A stretch of DNA of 53,761 nt, from NCBI GenBank assembly GCA_001724265.1, contig MEDY01000202.1, positions 1-53,761 on the forward strand, given 5' to 3'. A model generated the notes under the pieces. The model did not search any database, was not told where the DNA came from, and was given only the letters and a program-made list of their open reading frames with translations. Each line of letters starts with the position of its first letter. Positions within the stretch are counted from its first letter, which is position 1. Shown here piece by piece: positions 47,317-53,761 of this stretch. The stretch is from Rhizaria sp. SCN 62-66. Taxonomy: Eukaryota. A program made the translations under genes and the position numbers.

Positions 47317-49427
47317 ATGCTCATGGAGCCGTCCCCTTCCTCCGCAGCCCCCTCGGGCGGCGCTGCCGCGTCCTCGTCCTCAGTGTCGTCTTCGAGCAAC
47401 ATCGTGCCGGCCTCGTCTCCGCTGGCCAACGATCCCGCCGCGATCGCCACGCTGCTCGACGACCTGCGCAACGGCGACGTGTCCGTCCGCATTAACAGTT
47501 TCCGCCACCTGCCCGTGATCGCGCGCGCGCTGGGGCCCGAGCGCACCCGCGAGGAGCTCGTGCCGTACCTCAACGAGTTCGTCGACGACGACGATGACAT
47601 CCTCGTCGTGCTCGCAGAGGCGCTCGTGCTCTTCCCACCCTTCCTCGGCGGCGATGCCTACCTGCCCGTGCTGCTGGAGCCACTCGAGACGCTGGCCTCT
47701 GTCGAGGAGGTGGCCGTCCGCGACAAGGCCGTCGCCGGCTTGTCGACAGTGATCGGGCTGCTGTCGGACACGCAGGCCGTGCGCTCGGGGCTGCCCGTGT
47801 TCCGCCACCTCGTCTCCTCCGAGTGGTTTACCTCGCGCGTCTCGGCCTGCCACGTCTTCCTCCCGCTCTACCAGCGCCTGCCCGACGCGCTGCGCAAGGA
47901 GATGCGCGCCGCCTTCGCTCAGCTGTGCGTCGACGAGTCGCCCATCGTGCGCCGCGCGGCGTGCACGCGCCTCGTCCCCGTGCTCGCCGTCGTCACCCCG
48001 CAGCAGGCGCTCGCGGACTTCACCGGCGCCTTCGTCCGCCTCACCAAGGACGAACAGGACTCGGTCCGCCTGCTCTCCGTCTCGGTCTGCGTCGCCATGG
48101 CCAACGTGTGCCGGCCTCTCAGCCAGGTGCAGCGCGTGCTGCCCACGGTCTTCGCACTGTGCACGGACCGCTCCTGGCGCGTGCGTTTCATGGCGGCCGA
48201 TAAGTTCCCCGACCTGGCCACGTCGGTCGGCGCCAGCGACATCAAGGGCGACGACCTGGCCGAGTGCTTTGTGCGTCTGCTGGGCGACTCGGAGCCCGAG
48301 GTGCGTACCGCAGCGGCCGGCCGCGTCGCCGCCACGGCGCAGCACTTCGGGCCCCAGCGCACGCACCGGTCGATGCTGGCCGCCGTGCGCGGGCTCGTGC
48401 AGGACGCCAGCCACCACACGCGCGCCTCGCTCGCCAAGAACATCGTCGGGCTCACCTCGGTGCTCACCCGCAATCAGGTACGTGGCAGATAGATATCGAG
48501 AGTGTACTGAACTATTATGACACAATTTTCATTTAGTTACACTGTACATGTGCTTATTGATTGTTGCATTTGTTTTTTCTTTAAACGGGTCAACTTCGGC
48601 TCATATATCAACATTTCTATGTTTCTGACGCTTCTCTCTAGGTGTTCGAGGACCTGCTGCCGCTGATCCTGCAGCTGCTGCGTGACCCCCTCGCGGACGT
48701 GCGCATCAACCTCATCTCACAGCTTGAGGCTATGAACGACGTCGTCGGCCTGGACGTGCTGGCGCAGGCGTTGTTGCCTGCGGTGTGTCAGCTCGCGCTC
48801 GATAAGGAGTGGCGCGTCCGCCACTCGATCATCGAGCTGCTGCCCTCACTGGCCAAGCTGCTGGGCCCGCAGTTCTTTGAGGCGCGGCTCGCCGAACTCA
48901 CGATGTCGTGGCTGGGCGACCGCGTGGCGAGCGTGCGCGCGGCCGCCACGGGCAATCTCTCGCGCATCGCGGCGGCCTTCGGGCCCGAGTGGGCGCTGGC
49001 CAACATCATCCCCAAGGTGAACCACCTGGCCACGCGTCGCGGGCACATCTATCGTCTTACCGCGCTGTCGGCCGCACGCGACCTGCTGCACGTGCTGGGC
49101 CCCGAGAAGACGGCCGCGGCGCTGCTGCCCGTGGTGAAGCAGCTCGCCGAGGACCGCGTCGCCAACGTGCGCCTCGTCGCCGCCATCGTGCTGGGCGAGA
49201 TCGGCATCGCGCTGCAGCAGCACGTCAAGGCGGCGCCGGCCGACAGCGCGCTGGTGCGCGACATTGTGCACGGGCAGATCACGCCGCTGCTCGAGGTGAT
49301 GGCACGCGACGCCGACTCGGAGGCGCGCCACCGCGCCGAGACGGCGCTAGTCGAGGTCGCCACGGGCATCAAGACCAGCGGGGCCACCGAGATCGAGCTC
49401 GGCATTGGCGGAGAAAGCAAGCTCTAA
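47317..49427 (+). CDS. PPP2R1A: Protein phosphatase 2A scaffold (A/PR65) subunit; 2 exons
   Basis: Exons 47317-48477 and 48642-49427 (GTACGT..TAG intron). Motifs: IATLLDDLRNGDVSVRINS, ALGPERTREELVPYL, LETLASVEEVAVRDKAV, WFTSRVSAC, DEQDSVRLL, DRSWRVR, DKEWRVR. Ends TAA. The start could be 47323. Confidence 0.96.
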
Positions 49428-50098
49428 ACACGTTAAGTGATAATCAATTGTCATCTGACTGATCGATATGGTTTTGTTCTGTGTTGCTTTAGTTTTGCCT
49501 ATGTTTTGCCGTGTTTGTGTCTAAGAAATCTTTAGTGTCACATTATTGTACATTATTTTATTTGTTAGGTATCCGTATATGAGTTCGTGTTACTATTAGG
49601 AGTTATTATATGACGTAATAATATATGTGTGTATATTTTATTTGTGACATGTCAAAGCAGATAAAGCCAGACTTAGTGTGTTTGTATCACACCAAAGTTC
49701 ATGACGACTCTTGAGGTTAGATGCGTTGTTGTGTAGAACAATAACGTTTGCTGTCTGTGAAGATATGTGGATCACAGGTGTGATGATAATAAGAATAAAA
49801 CTCCAGTATTATTGAGTCATCGATTGTTATTGAGATGTCCATCCTTCGATTACACCGCCTTGGCCACAACCTTTCACCCACGTGTAATTTGTGGTCACTA
49901 CCTTCCCTTGCGGTGTCAGAGATTTTCCAAACCTACGAGTCGCAACGATTCCATCGTCTAAGCAAATTTAACAAACGTGAATAGATTTACAGCGCGAAAG
50001 TTTAATAATTTCACATTATAATTTTTATCACACATGCTTATTAGAGTACACATCACAAAGACACAAAACAGGCTTAGCAAGGAAGATACGTCGTCCCG

Positions 50099-53000
50099 AT
50101 GTCCTTCTCATTATCCCATGCTATGGACGAGATTATCGCTGGTCCGTTACGCGCACCCGTTGCAGACGTATATACCGAGCCGGATCACACGGTGATTGAC
50201 TCGTCATCGTTTGCATCCTCATCTGTGGCGCTCCCAGTTCCCCCGCGCGCACCACTCCCAGGCGAGACTGGTTGTTGGCCCTCGGACCTCGCCCACTCCA
50301 CGCCCCTGCTCTTCACGACTGCGGCCCCAGCGCAGCCCGCTACTCTGTACAGCATTCCGGGCCTTGCGCCATCATCGGAGAACGAGGTTGACGCGAACAG
50401 ACGTACCGATGCGGCCGAGGTGTGCATGCGCCTGGCGTTCCCCAGCGCGGCCACTCACCCAAGGCTCAACGCAGTCCGCGTCCTCTCGCCGCCCGACGCC
50501 GACGACGCCGGCGCTGACGGTGACTGCGGTCGCGCCCGTGCACGCGCGACGGTGACGCCCGCAGTGGGGCTAGAGCTATTAGAAAACCCGGCGTACGTCA
50601 GAAGCTATGCTTACGAGACGTTGTACCGGTGGACGGAGCAGGCCGCGGCTGCTGCGAGTGCTATCAGCGTCAACAACAACAACACCGCGAACACTGACCG
50701 CTTGGGTGCTGCAGCTGGCAGTGACTTGTCAAGCACCATTGGCACTCGTGCTTGCATTGAGACTCTTAGCGACGGCGCGCTTGCAGGCATCTTCATCAGT
50801 AGCATCAGTTACACCCTGAGCACTGCTTGCAAGAGCTCCGAGACCGTCGTGCTGCCCTCGTTCGAGTCGATCTCCGTGCCAGTGCCGAGTCGCCTGGCGC
50901 CGGTGCCGTTTTGCGCCGCCCGGTTGCCCGCGGAGGGGGTCGCTCTCTCGCTCTTCCTGCGCTCTCTGCAAAGCAACAGCAACAACAACAGCAACAGTGA
51001 TGTTACCAGTAGCAACGAAAGCGCTGATTCTGACACCGGCTCTCTTGCAAAGCGGGTCTTGGCGCGCGTTTTGCCAAGCTCTCTATACAGTTTATTTGCG
51101 AAGAATATTGCGCTGCAGTCACTGCATCCCGACACAGTGCTCTTGGACTACATATCCCCTTCCCGCCAACTTGCTAAGGCTTCTAAATTGAGTTCGAGGA
51201 CTAATGATGGGCCTGTCATCTCGTCTACGACTGAGCTTGATGCGCCTCAGTGCTACCCGCCTGACGCACTTACAACCCCTGTGGTTGCATTTGCTCAAGG
51301 GCCTTCGCAAATGCATGAACTGCAGCAGGTGGGCTGCAGTCCAGCTAGCACGGGGCCTGTCTTCATGCCGCTGCCGCCGCCGCCGCCGCTGGCACCTGCC
51401 GACTCCAGTGTTGGCACGGACTCTAGTTCTGGCTCTGGCTTTGTTGCGTTCCTGCTCTCGCCTTTCCGCTTCTTCCGCTCGCGGCCCGGCCCAGCGCCGG
51501 AAGTTGGGTCGCCTCTTCCCACTGCCAACGCGCCTCACAGTTTCGCGACAGTCAAGCTCTCGGAACACAACGTGGTCCATCACGCCGCGGTGGCCGCCGC
51601 CGCGGGCGCGCCGCTGCCGCTGTCGGTACGCGCAGTGCGCGAGATGGGGCGCATCGGGCGGCGCCAAGCGGCCCGCCGCAGCTACAACAACAACCGCGCG
51701 CAGGTGGGGGTCTACATTCAGCGCCCCGACCTGAAGCTTGACTGCAATGGCGTGGAGCTGCACAGCGACAACGCGTGCGACAAGTACGACGACTATCTGT
51801 ACCACCCGCAGCAAAGAACATCCAAAGGGACTGCTTTCTTTGTGGATGAGTCTAACCCTTTAAGGAATTCGGGGTTATTGTGTCTAAAGCCAACGTCTGT
51901 AGAGTCTTGCGCGAAGGGAGACGTTGTACTTTCTGCTTTGGTGGCCTCTCTTGGCCCAGAATTTGCGACGTTGGCGGCCACCGGCACTACTTTAGCTGAT
52001 GTTCGAGCAGCTGGTGCCGCCTGTCACCATGATTTTAATGCTAAAGCAGCGACTGCGCATGTGACTGCTCCGGTTTCTGCTGATGTTGCGCCTGTCAAAG
52101 GCAGTCCGGCGAACGCCGTGTTGAGCCCGCATCCATCCGCGCTCGTCTTTGCCGCCGACGCGGCGCGGGCCGTGCTGGCGTGTCTGCGCGCGCCGCGCCC
52201 GTTCCCCGTCCTCGTTCCCACCGCCCAGCGGCTTGACCCCGCGGTGCAACGCGAGGCGGTGCCCTGGCACGGGTACGACCACGACACGCCGTCGCTTTTG
52301 GCCAGCAGCAACGCCGGCGCAGGCAACACGGGCGCGAACGCCGCCACAGTCGCCGCAACCGCTTCCACCAACGGGCACCACAACGGCACCGCGACGCAGC
52401 AGCTGCTGTCGCGGTTCAACGCTGTGCACAACAACAACGTGAACTTTGCCGACGCCGCCGCGGCCGACGGCAACGGCGCGAGCTACAGCTACACGGAGAC
52501 CTACTGCAATGCCGTTCAGGGCGAGGTAGAGGACAGCGACGCCCTTACAGCGGCGCTGCAGAACAGCCACTCGTTCGCGCTCGCGTGCTTCGGGACCTCG
52601 ATGGCACAGCCGCTGTTCCTGGCGCTGCCGCGCGCCGCGCTGAAGCGCTTCCTGCGCTCCAGCGAGCTCAACTGCGGGAGCGAGTTCGCCCTGTTCCAGG
52701 CCGTGGTGCGCTGGGGCCGCTTCCGCCTGCGCGCGTACGGTCTCGACGACACGGACCCCGCGCTGGTGCGGCTGGAGCTGCACGACCTGCTGCCGTTGAT
52801 CCGGTTCAGCGTGCTCACGGTCACCGAGATGGCCACGGTCACGCGCGGCGCGCCGCTGGACGAGGACTTCGAGCGGACGCTGCTGTACAAGTGCGCACGG
52901 GAAGCTAAACCATGCGAGGAGGAAAATGACTCACTCTCTGCAGCAGAATTGTATCTGCCCGCATTTGCTTGTAGCAAAAACGTCGGCGCCTCTGCGAGCT

Positions 53001-53683
53001 GTCGGGCAGCGCAAGAGCACGAGCGAGAGCAAAAACAAGGACATGAGAAGGATCAAGACCTGTCCCACTGCCTGTTCACACAGAGCGAGATCGACTCGCT
53101 GCGCAAGCTGGTTGGCGCGAGCAGCACCGCCGGCGCCGCAGGCGGCGACTGGAGCGGCGAGCTGAGCCGGGAGACGGCGTTTGCGGCGCTGATGGCGGCG
53201 CAGGAACCCGTGTTGCGCAGCCGCAAGGCGCCGAAGCGCAAGATGGTGCGCACAGGCAACGGCCGCCGCCGCAGCCGCCGCAGCCGCACCGGGAACAACA
53301 ATGGGAACGGTCACGGCGACAATAACAACGGAAACGACGACAGCGATGATAATAATAATGGCGATGACGGCGATGCGATGATCGACCGTGGTCCGCACAT
53401 TGAGGGCGACACGGCGAGCCCATTTGTGCCTGATTACTCGCGGGACCTCAACCCCAACCCCGACGACGACTTGGAGCGGCGGTATCATGCGCCAGTGTTT
53501 GGCCTCGATGACGCAACTCAGGGACAGGGACGCAATCGCAACCGGAACAATGACGTCCGTAACCGTATGCGCAACGCAGACAATCTCAACCGCAACAACA
53601 TTAATAACAACAACAATAACAACAATGCCCGCAATCGTCTTTTGAATCGGAGCAACCGCAATGTCAACCGCAATGTCAACCGT

Positions 53684-53760
<77 letters not shown>

Positions 53761-53761
53761 C
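50099..53761 (+). CDS. Large BACK-like domain protein, paralog of 14882-20689; runs off the window end
   Basis: The frame from ATG 50099 (or 50123) appears open to the window end, which would explain its absence from the ORF track. It contains QPLFLALPRAALKRFLRSSELNCGSEFALFQAVVRWGRFRLRAYGLDDTDPALVRLELHDLLPLIRFSVL and an Asn/Arg-rich tail. Confidence 0.82.
53684..53761 (+). repeat. (AAC)26+ microsatellite, in-frame poly-Asn
   Basis: Pure AAC repeat reaching the window end, in the frame of the 50099 CDS. Confidence 0.95.

Noticed and set aside
1-53761. Ciliate-type code with both TAA and TAG as Gln
   Set aside because: TAA sits at plausible C-termini of G-alpha, PP2A-A, YjjX and others, where coding-like composition ends. 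No in-frame TAA was seen.

Overview
Gene-dense nuclear DNA from a flagellated eukaryote, probably a protist. Exons are very GC-rich; introns (119-289 nt) and intergenic spacers are AT-rich. I read 15 protein-coding genes: XPB/ERCC3 (partial), WDR92, an unknown protein, a YjjX-like ITPase/XTPase, a UPF0658-like membrane protein, a G-alpha subunit, a BACK-like + multi-TM protein, an ankyrin protein, CCDC42/CFAP73, a small highly codon-biased protein, FAM98, a ~3400-aa unknown protein, importin-7/8, the PP2A A subunit and a second BACK-like protein (partial). The main finding is a probable non-standard nuclear genetic code in which TAG alone is a sense codon, most likely Gln. Eight in-frame TAGs occur in four genes, including one inside a conserved XPB block. 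All 13 complete genes end in TAA (5) or TGA (8), counting the one TAG-TGA ending as TGA. All 16 inferred introns have C at donor +4 (consensus GTACGY). Gene names come from recalled family motifs, not from database searches.
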